Below are positions 46,212 to 55,812 of a DNA stretch of 64,000 nucleotides, one piece after another. Every line of letters starts with the position of its first letter. Positions within the stretch are counted from its first letter, which is position 1. The translations under genes were made by a program, and so were the position numbers. The DNA lies in the NCBI GenBank assembly GCA_022844165.1, contig JALHMH010000025.1:1-64000 (forward strand), written 5' to 3'. Origin of the DNA: Lysobacterales bacterium (lineage in GTDB: Bacteria; Pseudomonadota; Gammaproteobacteria; Xanthomonadales; SZUA-5). The notes below the pieces were generated by a model that worked only from the letters and a program-made list of their open reading frames with translations, was not told where the DNA came from and did no database searches.

Positions 46212-47153
46212 ATGACCGTGATGCGAACCGTACTCTATTCACTTCTGATGGTGGGACTTGTTGCTTGTGCGTCCAAGCCGGCACCGCCACTCGAGACAGT
46301 ATCAGCGCCGCAGCAGGCGGCTGCGCCGGCCCCACGGGCTGCCGACAACTTTCAACTGGATATGCTCAACGCCGTGGTCTGGTCGCGCACGTCGGCCGAA
46401 TCGGAAGCGGTGCACCTGCAAACCTACGAGACGGCGCGGCGCACATTGGACGCTGCGCTTGCCGACAGGACATGGACCGCGGCGACTGAGCAAACCGGAG
46501 ACTTCAGTCGATTGCCGCCGGCGATCGTCGTCGACGTCGACGATACCGTGCTTGATACGACCGACTACATGGTTGAGCGCGCCCGCGTCGGCGATGCTTT
46601 CAGCAAAGCGTCCTGGAACGCATATGTGCAGCTGGAGAACGCCCCGCCGGTGCCAGGGGCGCTGAAGTACCTGCAATACGCCGCAAGCAAGGGCGTGACC
46701 GTGTTTTACGTATCCAATCGTGAGGTGCAGGTGCCAGGGTTCAAAGACGAAGTTGAGCCGACACGCAGGAATCTGGCGAAACTGGGTTTTCCGAACACCA
46801 GCGATGCCAAGACCATTCTGTTTCGCGACAACGCACGCGGCTGGAAAGACAAGAGCCCGCGCCGCGCGGAAATTGCCAAGACCCATCGCATTGTGCAGAT
46901 GGTTGGGGACAACCTATACGACCTGATCGACATTCCGAACGCCACGCGAGAGAGCCGCGACACGGCGGTTGAATCACGGCTCGACTGGCTTGGTACGCGC
47001 TGGTTCGTTCTGCCCAATCCGATGTACGGCAGCTGGGAATCGGTGATCACGCAAAGTGCCAGCGGCAGCGATGCGCGCCGCCTAAAACTGGAGAGCATCG
47101 GCGTGCCGAGCGCGCTGGCCGATGTGATCGCCAATGGCGGGTTCGAACGATGA
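46212..47153 (+). CDS. 5'-nucleotidase/acid phosphatase lipoprotein, e(P4) family
   Basis: Lipobox LVAC; HAD motifs DVDDT, YVSNR, GDNLYD, LPNPMYGSW. Confidence 0.92.
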   Translation: MTVMRTVLYSLLMVGLVACASKPAPPLETVSAPQQAAAPAPRAADNFQLDMLNAVVWSRTSAESEAVHLQTYETARRTLDAALADRTWTAATEQTGDFSRLPPAIVVDVDDTVLDTTDYMVERARVGDAFSKASWNAYVQLENAPPVPGALKYLQYAASKGVTVFYVSNREVQVPGFKDEVEPTRRNLAKLGFPNTSDAKTILFRDNARGWKDKSPRRAEIAKTHRIVQMVGDNLYDLIDIPNATRESRDTAVESRLDWLGTRWFVLPNPMYGSWESVITQSASGSDARRLKLESIGVPSALADVIANGGFER

Positions 47154-48166
47154 GCGCGATCCGGGCGTATGCCGCGTTGAGCAAAGGCGGTGAGCTGCAA
47201 GCCTTCGAATTCGGTTCGGGCGAACTGGGCGAACATCAGGTCGAGGTTGCGGTCGAACATTGCGGCATCTGCCATTCGGACCTCTCGATGCTCGACAACG
47301 ATTGGGGTCGGACGGTCTATCCCTTCGTTCCGGGTCACGAGATCGTCGGCCGCGTGGTGGCCGTTGGCGCGCAGGCGCAGCGCGCCAAACTGGGCGATCG
47401 CGTCGGCGTCGGCTGGTACTCAGGCGCGTGTATGCAGTGCGCGCAATGTGTCGCTGGGCACCACAATTTATGTTCAAACAATGAGGAGACCTTGATCGGT
47501 CGCCACGGCGGTTTTGCCGAGCGGATTCGATGCCATTGGATCTGGGCCACACCGATTCCGGCGGGCCTGGATGCCAGCAGCGCTGGCCCAATGTTCTGTG
47601 GCGGCATCACTGTGTTCAACCCGATTGTCGAATGTGGCGTCAAGCCGACCGATCGTGTTGGCGTGATCGGTATCGGTGGACTTGGCCACCTTGCAGTCAA
47701 GTTTTTGCGCGCCTGGGGTTGCGAAGTGACCGCGTTCACTTCAACACTCGCCAAGAGCGAGGAAGCCAGGACGATGGGGGCGCATCGCGTTGTCGCCACG
47801 GGTGACAAGAAGGCCGTCGCGGCGCTGTCGGGGCAGCTCGACTTCTTGCTGGTCACGGTGAATGTTTCGCTCGATTGGCCAGTGCTGCTGAATACGCTGG
47901 CGCCGCACGGGCGCATGCACGTGGTGGGCGCTGTCCTGGAGCCGATGGGCATTCCAGCCTTCAGTCTGATCGGCGCTTCGCGCAGTGTCTCTGGTTCGCC
48001 ACTGGGTTCACCTGCGGTGACGGCAAAGATGCTGGAATTCAGCGCACGCCATCGTCTGACACCGACCGTCGAGCGCTTCCCATTTTCGCGTGTGAATGAG
48101 GCGATCGAACACTTGCGCGCCGGCAAGGCCCGGTATCGGGTCGTATTGGACGCAGACTGGGCTTAG
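47150..48166 (+). CDS. ahr: Zinc-dependent NADPH aldehyde reductase (Ahr/YjgB family)
   Basis: CGICHSD, GHEIVG, CMQCAQC..HNLC, FCGGITVFNP, GKARYRVVL. Confidence 0.85.
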   Translation: MSAIRAYAALSKGGELQAFEFGSGELGEHQVEVAVEHCGICHSDLSMLDNDWGRTVYPFVPGHEIVGRVVAVGAQAQRAKLGDRVGVGWYSGACMQCAQCVAGHHNLCSNNEETLIGRHGGFAERIRCHWIWATPIPAGLDASSAGPMFCGGITVFNPIVECGVKPTDRVGVIGIGGLGHLAVKFLRAWGCEVTAFTSTLAKSEEARTMGAHRVVATGDKKAVAALSGQLDFLLVTVNVSLDWPVLLNTLAPHGRMHVVGAVLEPMGIPAFSLIGASRSVSGSPLGSPAVTAKMLEFSARHRLTPTVERFPFSRVNEAIEHLRAGKARYRVVLDADWA

Positions 48167-48285
48167 GGCGCTTTGCGAAACCCAAAATCAGCGTTACCCC
48201 TACAGCCGCGTCAGAATTTTCTGACAGACGCAATGCAGCACGAGTCTTATGCTGTGCGCTCTCGGTAACCGCTAAGAGGGATCAG

Positions 48286-48525
48286 ATGGACTTTCGCTTG
48301 ATCGACGAACTCAGCCAGCGTCTCGGTGCCTTGCTGCCGCCGAGCATGAGCGAAGCGCGCGAGGACTTGCAAAAGAACTTCCGAGCAGCGCTGCAGGCGG
48401 GGTTGAGCAAACTCGACCTTGTCACTCGCGAGGAGTTTGAAGTTCAGCGCGCCGTTCTCAAGCGCACGCGCGAGAAACTTGAAGCGCTTGAAGCGAAACT
48501 CGCGGAATTCGAGCAGCGCGCCTGA
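48286..48525 (+). CDS. ubiK: Ubiquinone biosynthesis accessory factor
   Basis: KLDLVTREEFEVQRAVL.RTREKLEALE; upstream of comM. Confidence 0.92.
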   Translation: MDFRLIDELSQRLGALLPPSMSEAREDLQKNFRAALQAGLSKLDLVTREEFEVQRAVLKRTREKLEALEAKLAEFEQRA

Positions 48526-48625
48526 GCGTTGCTGCTGAGCCGCCGTTCGGCGGCGCATGGCAGACCAACATCGCGCGCGGGCCACGCCGCCGCTGAATCC
48601 ACCCGCCAACTCACAAGGAACGGCC

Positions 48626-50125
48626 ATGTCGCTCGCCGTCGCTTACTCTCGCGCTGAAGAAGGGATCGCCGCCCCGCAGGTAACGGTCGAGGTGCATATG
48701 TCTGCAGGCCAAAGCGGCATCGGCATTGTTGGTTTGCCGGAGGCCGAAGTGCGCGAAAGCCGCGACCGCGTGCGTGCCGCGCTGATCAATTCGGTCTTCG
48801 AGTTCCCCCAGTGGAAGCTGACCGTGAATCTTGCGCCAGCCGATTTGCCAAAAGAGAGCGGGCGCTTCGATCTGCCGATTGCGCTCGGCGTACTGGCGGC
48901 GAGCAAACAGATCCCGCCTGAGTCGCTGGCGGATTACGAGTTCATTGGCGAACTGGCGCTATCGGGCGAGCTGCGGGCTGTGCGTGGTGTGCTGCCGGCG
49001 GTGCTGCGCGCCCGCGAAGCGGGGCGCGTGCCGATTGTTCCGGCGGCGAATGCAGCGGAGGCGGGTCTGGTGGCGGGCGGTCACGCACTCAGCGCCGCCT
49101 CGTTGCTGGACGTGACCGCGCACCTGCGTGGCGTCGCCGCGCTGCCAACCTGCCCACCACGTGTCGAGGATCTGGCTGAGTTTGACGCGGCGGACTTGGC
49201 GGACGTGCGTGGTCAGCCCCTCGCACGACGTGCGCTCGAAGTGGCCGCAGCCGGTGGACATAACCTGCTGATGGTTGGCCCGCCGGGCAGCGGCAAAACC
49301 ATGCTCGCTTCGCGTCTGCCGGGTATCTTGCCGCCGCTGACCGAAGCCGAGGCGTTCGAGGTTGCGGCAATCGCCTCGATTGTCGGCGCGGGTGTCGATC
49401 CCAAGCGCTTTCGGCAAAGGCCGTTCCGCGCACCGCACCACACTGCGTCAGGCGTCGCGCTGGCCGGCGGTGGCGGCACGCCGCGGCCCGGCGAAGTGTC
49501 GCTGGCGCACCATGGTGTGCTGTTTCTCGATGAGCTGACCGAGTGGAATCGCCAGGTGCTTGAGGTCTTGCGCGAGCCTTTGGAGTCCGGGCGCATCGTG
49601 ATCTCGCGCGCCGCCCGCCAAAGCGAATTTCCCGCACGCTTCCAGTTGATCGCGGCGATGAACCCCTGCCCTTGCGGCTATCTGGGCGATTCATCCGGAC
49701 GCTGCCGTTGCTCGCCCGAGGTGGTCGGCCGTTATCGGGGCAAGGTATCCGGGCCGCTGCTCGATCGCATCGACATTCAGATCGACGTGCCGCGCCAGCC
49801 GGTCACTCTGCTGACGCGCGGTGGCGAACGCGGTGAAGCCAGCGCCGGGGTGCGCGAGCGCGTGCTCGGCGCCCGGCGTCGGCAATGGCAGCGCAGCCGT
49901 TGTGCCAACGCGCATCTGCCAGCGCAAGCGGTGCCGGAGGTGTGCGCCATTGGCCTGGAGGACCAGCGCCTGCTGGAACGGGCGATTGAAAAACTCAGCC
50001 TGTCGGCGCGCGCGTACATCCGGATCTTGAAACTCGCAAGAACCATTGCCGATCTCGCCGGCGCAGATCGCATCGACACCGGCCATCTGACTGAGGCCAT
50101 CGGCTATCGGCGGTTCGAGCGCTGA
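48626..50125 (+). CDS. comM: YifB/ComM Mg-chelatase-like AAA+ ATPase
   Basis: VGLPEAEVRESRDRV, GPPGSGKTML, RAPHHTAS, AMNPCPCG, SGPLLDRID. Confidence 0.93.
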   Translation: MSLAVAYSRAEEGIAAPQVTVEVHMSAGQSGIGIVGLPEAEVRESRDRVRAALINSVFEFPQWKLTVNLAPADLPKESGRFDLPIALGVLAASKQIPPESLADYEFIGELALSGELRAVRGVLPAVLRAREAGRVPIVPAANAAEAGLVAGGHALSAASLLDVTAHLRGVAALPTCPPRVEDLAEFDAADLADVRGQPLARRALEVAAAGGHNLLMVGPPGSGKTMLASRLPGILPPLTEAEAFEVAAIASIVGAGVDPKRFRQRPFRAPHHTASGVALAGGGGTPRPGEVSLAHHGVLFLDELTEWNRQVLEVLREPLESGRIVISRAARQSEFPARFQLIAAMNPCPCGYLGDSSGRCRCSPEVVGRYRGKVSGPLLDRIDIQIDVPRQPVTLLTRGGERGEASAGVRERVLGARRRQWQRSRCANAHLPAQAVPEVCAIGLEDQRLLERAIEKLSLSARAYIRILKLARTIADLAGADRIDTGHLTEAIGYRRFER

Positions 50126-50212
50126 CTCATCTGGGTGGCCGAGAATCTTACCTTGCTCATTGCCAACGCGTCGGGAGAGAATCCGCGCCAGAAAGCACCC
50201 CAGGGGAATCGG

Positions 50213-53200
50213 ATGTCCATTCGCATGATGTGCGCCGCGTTGGCGCTGGCTGCGGCAGGTAATGTTGCCGCCGACACCACACCGCACGATCTTAATGCCA
50301 GCGACTTCGCCCAGGATTGGACGACGACGACGCAGATCACGACGGACGATGATTGGTCGGGTGTGCCATCGATCATCGGCTATCGCGGCGATGAACTGAC
50401 CACCACGACTGCTACGGACCCGCAGACCATTCTGGCCGATGGGTCGGCCACCCCCGTGGATGTCAATGCCAATCGCTCCGACCCCAATACCTTCGCCGCC
50501 GGCGGCGTGACCGAGTTCGATGGTATCGCCAATCCAGTGGTGGCGCTCAACGGCAGCGGCACCGCCGACGCGCCGCATATCGTGATCCGTCTCAATGCCA
50601 CCAATCGGGAGAATTTGTTTGTCGCTTACCAGCTTCGCGATCTGGATAGCAGTAGCGACAATGCGGTGATGCCGGTGGCTTTGCAGTATCGCGTCGGCGG
50701 CAGCGGCGCCTTCACCAATGTGCCGGCCGGGTTTGTCGCGGACGCAACGTCGGGTCCAAATCAGGCAACGCTGACGACCAATGTCGCCGCGGAGTTGCCG
50801 GCAGCCGCCAACGACCAGGCGATCGTCGATGTTCGCATCATCACCGCCAACGCTATCGGCAACGACGAATGGGTCGGCATCGACAATATCGAAGTCTTCA
50901 GCGATCTGATTGCGCCCACGCTTGTGGCCAATCCCATCGCTGCCAACGAAGGGAATTCCGGCAACACTACGTTTACGTTTTCGATTACCAAGACCACCAA
51001 CGCAGCGGTGACCGTGCAGGTAGCGACGACGGATGGGACGGCAACAGGCGGCAGCCCAGGCGCCGGAATCGACTACCTGGAGATTCCGTTCAATGCCGGC
51101 CAACTCGTGTCGTTCCCGGCCGGCACCTCCACGCAAACTGTGGACGTCACGGTCTTCGGCGACACCGAAGTCGAGCCGGATGAGACCTTCGATCTGGTCG
51201 TTTTTGCACCCGTCGTTGGCATCGCCCGCAGCCCCGAAGGCCTCATCGAATTTGCCCGCGCCACTGCGACCATCAATAACGACGACGGGTTGACGCCTAC
51301 CGTCTCGATCAGCGATGCAACTGTGACCGAGGGCACCGGCGCGGGCGCCACGACCGCGAACTTTACGGTGACCGTCAGCGCCGCACCTGCGGCCAATGCG
51401 ACGATCGATTTCGCGAGCGCGAGCGGTACGGCGGTGTCGGGTAGCGACTTCACGGCGACCAGCGGCACGTTGACCTTCACGCCGACTGGTGCACTGACCC
51501 AATCGGTCAACGTGCCCATAACCCGCGATGCGATCGATGAAAACGACGAGACATTCGTCGTCAATCTGAGCTCAGCGGTGGGACTGTCCATCCTGGACGG
51601 CGCGGGCCAGGGCACGATCCAGGACGACGACACCGCGACGCTGAGCGTGGCGAACGTCACTCAGGCCGAAGGCAACGCCGGGCCGAATAACTTCACGTTC
51701 ACCGCAAGCTTGAGCACGCCGGCCGATACCGCCCGGACATTCAGAGTGAGCACCAGCGACGGCACCGCGAATGCGCCGGGCGACTACACAGCGATCACGA
51801 TCGGTCAGAACCAGATCATCACGTTTAATCCGGGCAGTGTCCTTGAGACATTCAATGTCAGCGTCAACGGCGATACCGTGGTTGAAACGGACGAGACCTT
51901 CAATGTGCGATTGGACTTCCCACAGCAAGTCGCACCCGAAGGTGGTCCGATCGCATCGGCCGTCGGTACCATATTGAACGACGACCGCGAGCTGTCGATC
52001 AACAATGTCACGGTGGTTGAAGGGACCGGCGCAGGCACGACCAATGCGGTATTCACGGTGACCTTGAGCAACGTGCCGGCACCCGGCCAGAACGTCTCGG
52101 TCGACTTTGCGACCGCAGGCGCTTCCGCCACGAGCGGCGTCGATTTCACGGCAACGACGGGTACTTTGACCTTCACAATCAACGGCGCACTGAGCCAGAC
52201 CATTACGGTCCCAATCACGCGGGACAATATCGATGAGCCGAACGAAAATTTCAGTGTGACGTTGAGCAATGCGGTGAATGCGTCAATCTATGACGGCAAC
52301 GGCGCCGGCCAGATCACCGACGACGACGACCCGCCGACGGTCACGCTCAACAACCGCGCATTGAACGAGGGCAACGGTGGCACAACGACGTTCGATTTCA
52401 CTGCGACGCTGAGCAACCCGAGCGCTGCGCAAGTGCAATACCGTGTGTACACGCAGAACGGCACCGCTATTGCACCGGGCGATTACACGGCGATTGGTTG
52501 TTGCACCGCATTGGTGACCTTCCCGGCGCTCAGTACCACGCAAACTGTCAACGTCAGCGTGGTCGGCGATACGGTGGTTGAGCCCGATGAGACCTTTACG
52601 GTTTCGCTCGCTGCGGCCTTGTCGACCAGCCCGGATGGTCAGTTGCCGACGCCGTTGACCACCGGCACCGGCACTATTCTCAACGATGACGTTGCGCGCG
52701 AACTGTCGATTGCCAACGCCAGCGTGGTCGAAGGCACCGCTGCAGGAGCAACGAATCTGGTGTTTACGGTGTCGCTCAACAATGCGCCGGCCGTCGGGCA
52801 GGATGTGACCGTCGCCTACGCCAGCGCCAGCGGTACGGCGACCAGCGGCACGGATTTCACTGCAACCTCCGGTACGCTGTCTTTCACCAGCAACGGCGGA
52901 TTGACCCAGACCATTGCCGTGCCGATCACCCGCGACAACATCGACGAGATCGACGAAACGCTGACGATGACGCTCAGCGCTCCAATCAACGCGACGCTGT
53001 CTGGCGGCCCAGCCACCGGCACGATCGTCGATGACGATACCTCTGTGCTGTCGATTGCGAATCTGAGCCAGGCCGAGGGCAACGCCGGGACCAGCACGTT
53101 TACGGCAACGGCCAACCTGAGCGTACCCAGCAGCAGCACGCTGGTTTATCGCCTGCGCACGATCGACGGCACGGCAACGTCGCCGGGCGACTTTGCCGCG

Positions 53201-54157
53201 ATCACCGCAGGTGCGAATCAGACGATCAGCTTTGCGCCGGGTACCACGAGTCAGACCTTCAATCTCGCCATTGTCGGCGACACCGTTGTTGAGCTGGACG
53301 AATCCTTCCAGGTGGGATTGTCGAGCGCGGTGCAGAGCGGTCCCGATGGCGCGAACGAGGTATTGGGCACGATCACCATCCTCAACGACGACACGCCGGT
53401 GGCGAGCATTGCCAATGCGCAGGTCGTCGAAGGCACTGGCAGCAACCCGATGTTGAACTTCACCGTCAGTTTGTCGGCGCCCGCCACGGCGCCGATCAGC
53501 ATCAACTTTGCGACCAGCAACGGCACCGCCACGGCGCCCGCGGACTACATGGCGGCCAGCGGCACGGTGAACTTCACCAGCGGTCAACAAACGCAATCGA
53601 TTGCGATCACCGTGATCGGCGATAACCTCGTTGAGCCTGATGAGACGTTACTGGTGACGCTGAGTGCGCCCAGCGGTGCTACGCTCGGCACCGCGGTTGC
53701 CACTGGCACTATCGTCAACGATGACAATGCGGCGTTATCGATTAACGACATCGCCCTGCCCGAGGGCAATGGCGGCGGCATTACACCGTTTGCATTTACG
53801 ATCACCAGCAGCACGCCGTCCTCCAGTCCGATCACGGTCAACTACGCCACCAGCAACGGCACGGCGTTGTGCCCGAGCGATTTTGCCGCGACGTCCGGCA
53901 CCGCCACGCTGGCTGCTGGCGCCACCACAACCACGGTGACGATCAATGTGCTCGCCGACGATCTGCTCGAACCGAACGAGCAATTCACCGTGACGTTGAG
54001 TGCGCCCGTGGGTGCAACGCTCGCCGATGCGGTGGGTATCGCGACGATTCTCGGCGATGATCAACAAGTGCCGATTCCCACGCTCGACCGCTGGAGCCTG
54101 CTGGTGTTGCTGCTGTCGATCTTGGGCGTTGGGCTTTTCGTCATACGCCGTCGCTGA
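50213..54157 (+). CDS. Large surface protein: N-terminal beta domain, 9 Calx-beta repeats, IPTL-CTERM anchor
   Basis: Signal peptide; repeats with EG[N/T]..GTA..D[Y/F]..E.DETF..GTI.[N/D]DD; ends VPIPTLDRWSLLVLLLSILGVGLFVIRRR. Confidence 0.92.
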   Translation: MSIRMMCAALALAAAGNVAADTTPHDLNASDFAQDWTTTTQITTDDDWSGVPSIIGYRGDELTTTTATDPQTILADGSATPVDVNANRSDPNTFAAGGVTEFDGIANPVVALNGSGTADAPHIVIRLNATNRENLFVAYQLRDLDSSSDNAVMPVALQYRVGGSGAFTNVPAGFVADATSGPNQATLTTNVAAELPAAANDQAIVDVRIITANAIGNDEWVGIDNIEVFSDLIAPTLVANPIAANEGNSGNTTFTFSITKTTNAAVTVQVATTDGTATGGSPGAGIDYLEIPFNAGQLVSFPAGTSTQTVDVTVFGDTEVEPDETFDLVVFAPVVGIARSPEGLIEFARATATINNDDGLTPTVSISDATVTEGTGAGATTANFTVTVSAAPAANATIDFASASGTAVSGSDFTATSGTLTFTPTGALTQSVNVPITRDAIDENDETFVVNLSSAVGLSILDGAGQGTIQDDDTATLSVANVTQAEGNAGPNNFTFTASLSTPADTARTFRVSTSDGTANAPGDYTAITIGQNQIITFNPGSVLETFNVSVNGDTVVETDETFNVRLDFPQQVAPEGGPIASAVGTILNDDRELSINNVTVVEGTGAGTTNAVFTVTLSNVPAPGQNVSVDFATAGASATSGVDFTATTGTLTFTINGALSQTITVPITRDNIDEPNENFSVTLSNAVNASIYDGNGAGQITDDDDPPTVTLNNRALNEGNGGTTTFDFTATLSNPSAAQVQYRVYTQNGTAIAPGDYTAIGCCTALVTFPALSTTQTVNVSVVGDTVVEPDETFTVSLAAALSTSPDGQLPTPLTTGTGTILNDDVARELSIANASVVEGTAAGATNLVFTVSLNNAPAVGQDVTVAYASASGTATSGTDFTATSGTLSFTSNGGLTQTIAVPITRDNIDEIDETLTMTLSAPINATLSGGPATGTIVDDDTSVLSIANLSQAEGNAGTSTFTATANLSVPSSSTLVYRLRTIDGTATSPGDFAAITAGANQTISFAPGTTSQTFNLAIVGDTVVELDESFQVGLSSAVQSGPDGANEVLGTITILNDDTPVASIANAQVVEGTGSNPMLNFTVSLSAPATAPISINFATSNGTATAPADYMAASGTVNFTSGQQTQSIAITVIGDNLVEPDETLLVTLSAPSGATLGTAVATGTIVNDDNAALSINDIALPEGNGGGITPFAFTITSSTPSSSPITVNYATSNGTALCPSDFAATSGTATLAAGATTTTVTINVLADDLLEPNEQFTVTLSAPVGATLADAVGIATILGDDQQVPIPTLDRWSLLVLLLSILGVGLFVIRRR

Positions 54158-54161
54158 ACCT

Positions 54162-54194
54162 GTCGCGGCGCGGGAATCGCTCTCGCGCCGCGAC
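54162..54194. terminator. GC-rich hairpin after the Calx-beta gene (no U-tract)
   Basis: GTCGCGGCGCG..CGCGCCGCGAC 11-bp stem. Confidence 0.4.
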
Positions 54195-54288
54195 CACCCG
54201 ACGCCTCAAACCCTCGTTTCGGCGATTGCCGGGAACTTTTGCGGGAGGTGGCGTTCGACTCCTCACCACCTACCATGGACCGTTCGAA

Positions 54289-55014
54289 ATGCGCCTCTTA
54301 CTCTCCTCACTGATGCTGTCGTCGGCGACGCTTTTGCTCGCCAATTCAAGTTTGGCATTGGCCGATGACACCGCAATTCGCGAGGCGGTGAAGAAGCTGG
54401 CGCCGGCCGCTTCGATTGACTCGATTAAAGCCGCACCGATGCAGGGATGGTCTGAAGTCGCGCTCGGCACACAAATCGTCTATGTCAGCAATGACGGCAA
54501 ATTGCTGATCAGCGGCAGCATATATGACACCCATGCGCAGGCGGACCTGACGGAAGCCAGCCAGACCGCGCTGCGTGCAACAACCATCAAGAAATTGCCG
54601 GACATCGCCAAGATCAGCTTCTCGCCCGCCAAGCCCACCACGCGTGTGACCGTGTTCACAGCGATCGATTGTGGATTCTGCCGCGAGCTGCACAAACAAA
54701 TGGACGGCTACCACGAGCGCGGGATCGCGATCGATTACGTGGTGATCCCACGCCACGCGCCGGGGACGCCGATGGACGTCGCTACACGGCAGTTGTACTG
54801 CGAGGCCGATGCGCAAAACGCTTTCGCCGCGGCACTGGAGAACCGTATCAAAGACAAGGCGACCTGCAAGGGCGAAGGTTACGACGCCGGTACGGCGATG
54901 GCGCAGGCCCTGGGTATCAACAGCACCCCCGTGGCCGTATTCGCCGATGGCTCCCTGGGCTCGGGTTTTTTAAGCCCGGATGAAATGGCAAAGCGGATTG
55001 CCGCAATCAAGTAA
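54289..55014 (+). CDS. dsbC: DsbC-family thiol:disulfide isomerase
   Basis: Signal peptide, dimerisation domain YVSNDGK, CGFC active site, GINSTP. Confidence 0.82.
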   Translation: MRLLLSSLMLSSATLLLANSSLALADDTAIREAVKKLAPAASIDSIKAAPMQGWSEVALGTQIVYVSNDGKLLISGSIYDTHAQADLTEASQTALRATTIKKLPDIAKISFSPAKPTTRVTVFTAIDCGFCRELHKQMDGYHERGIAIDYVVIPRHAPGTPMDVATRQLYCEADAQNAFAAALENRIKDKATCKGEGYDAGTAMAQALGINSTPVAVFADGSLGSGFLSPDEMAKRIAAIK

Positions 55015-55035
55015 AGGCGAACACGGCGCCCGTTC

Positions 55036-55812
55036 TTAGCCGTTTTTTTGCAGCGGCTGTTTGAGAAGGGCGATAACGCGCTCGTCCGTGTGCAGGCCCG
55101 CGACGCCGAACCCATCGGCGTCCGGGTGGTAACGAAAGCCGCGGTGACTGGCGAAGCAACGATCCCAGACGCTCAGGCAAAAGCCATAGTTGCTGTTTGT
55201 CCGTTCGACATCCGGCGCGTGATGCACACGGTGCATCGCTGGTGTGACGAGAAACCACGACAAGGCGCGTTCGATCCGGATCGGCAAATGCAAGTTGGCG
55301 TGCGAGAACAACGCCGTCGCGTTCAAGACGATCTCGAAAATCAACACAGCCAGCGGCGGTGCACCGAGCGCTACGACAATCGCCATCTTGTAGACCATGG
55401 ACAGCACGATTTCCACCGGGTGAAAACGCAGCGCGGTGCTGGCATCCAGCTGCAGATCGCAGTGATGCACCCGATGCAGGCGCCAGAGCGGCGCCAAAGC
55501 GTGCATCGCGCGGTGTTGCCAATAGATCGCAAGATCCAGAGCAATCAGCGCCAATCCGGTCTCGATCCAGCCAGGCCACGCGAGCCCGGCAAACACGCCA
55601 AGCGACTGCGATTGTGCCCAGGCAGCCGTCCCTACAGCGCCCAGCGGCAGCAAGACTCGGGTCAACAACGTACCCAGTACCGCGAGCGACAAATGCCGAC
55701 CTGCCCGCGCAAAGGGCTGCGGATTGTGGGCAAAGGCCAGCGCCCGTTCGGCGATCAGCAGCAGCAGCCAGACGCCGAGAAAAACGCTCAATCGGAGCAC
55801 ACCCTCGCTCAT
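55036..55812 (-). CDS. Sterol desaturase/fatty-acid hydroxylase family protein
   Basis: His boxes YWQHRAMH, LHRVHH, FSHAN, MHRVHH; start MSEGVL. Confidence 0.9.
   Translation of the reverse strand: MSEGVLRLSVFLGVWLLLLIAERALAFAHNPQPFARAGRHLSLAVLGTLLTRVLLPLGAVGTAAWAQSQSLGVFAGLAWPGWIETGLALIALDLAIYWQHRAMHALAPLWRLHRVHHCDLQLDASTALRFHPVEIVLSMVYKMAIVVALGAPPLAVLIFEIVLNATALFSHANLHLPIRIERALSWFLVTPAMHRVHHAPDVERTNSNYGFCLSVWDRCFASHRGFRYHPDADGFGVAGLHTDERVIALLKQPLQKNG

Noticed and set aside
49691-53596. Long antisense ORFs (603 aa, 437 aa) opposite the Calx-beta gene, and similar ones elsewhere (e.g. 24019-25530, 44803-45960)
   Set aside because: Shadow frames expected from GC-rich codon usage; no motifs, low-complexity Arg/Gly-rich translations
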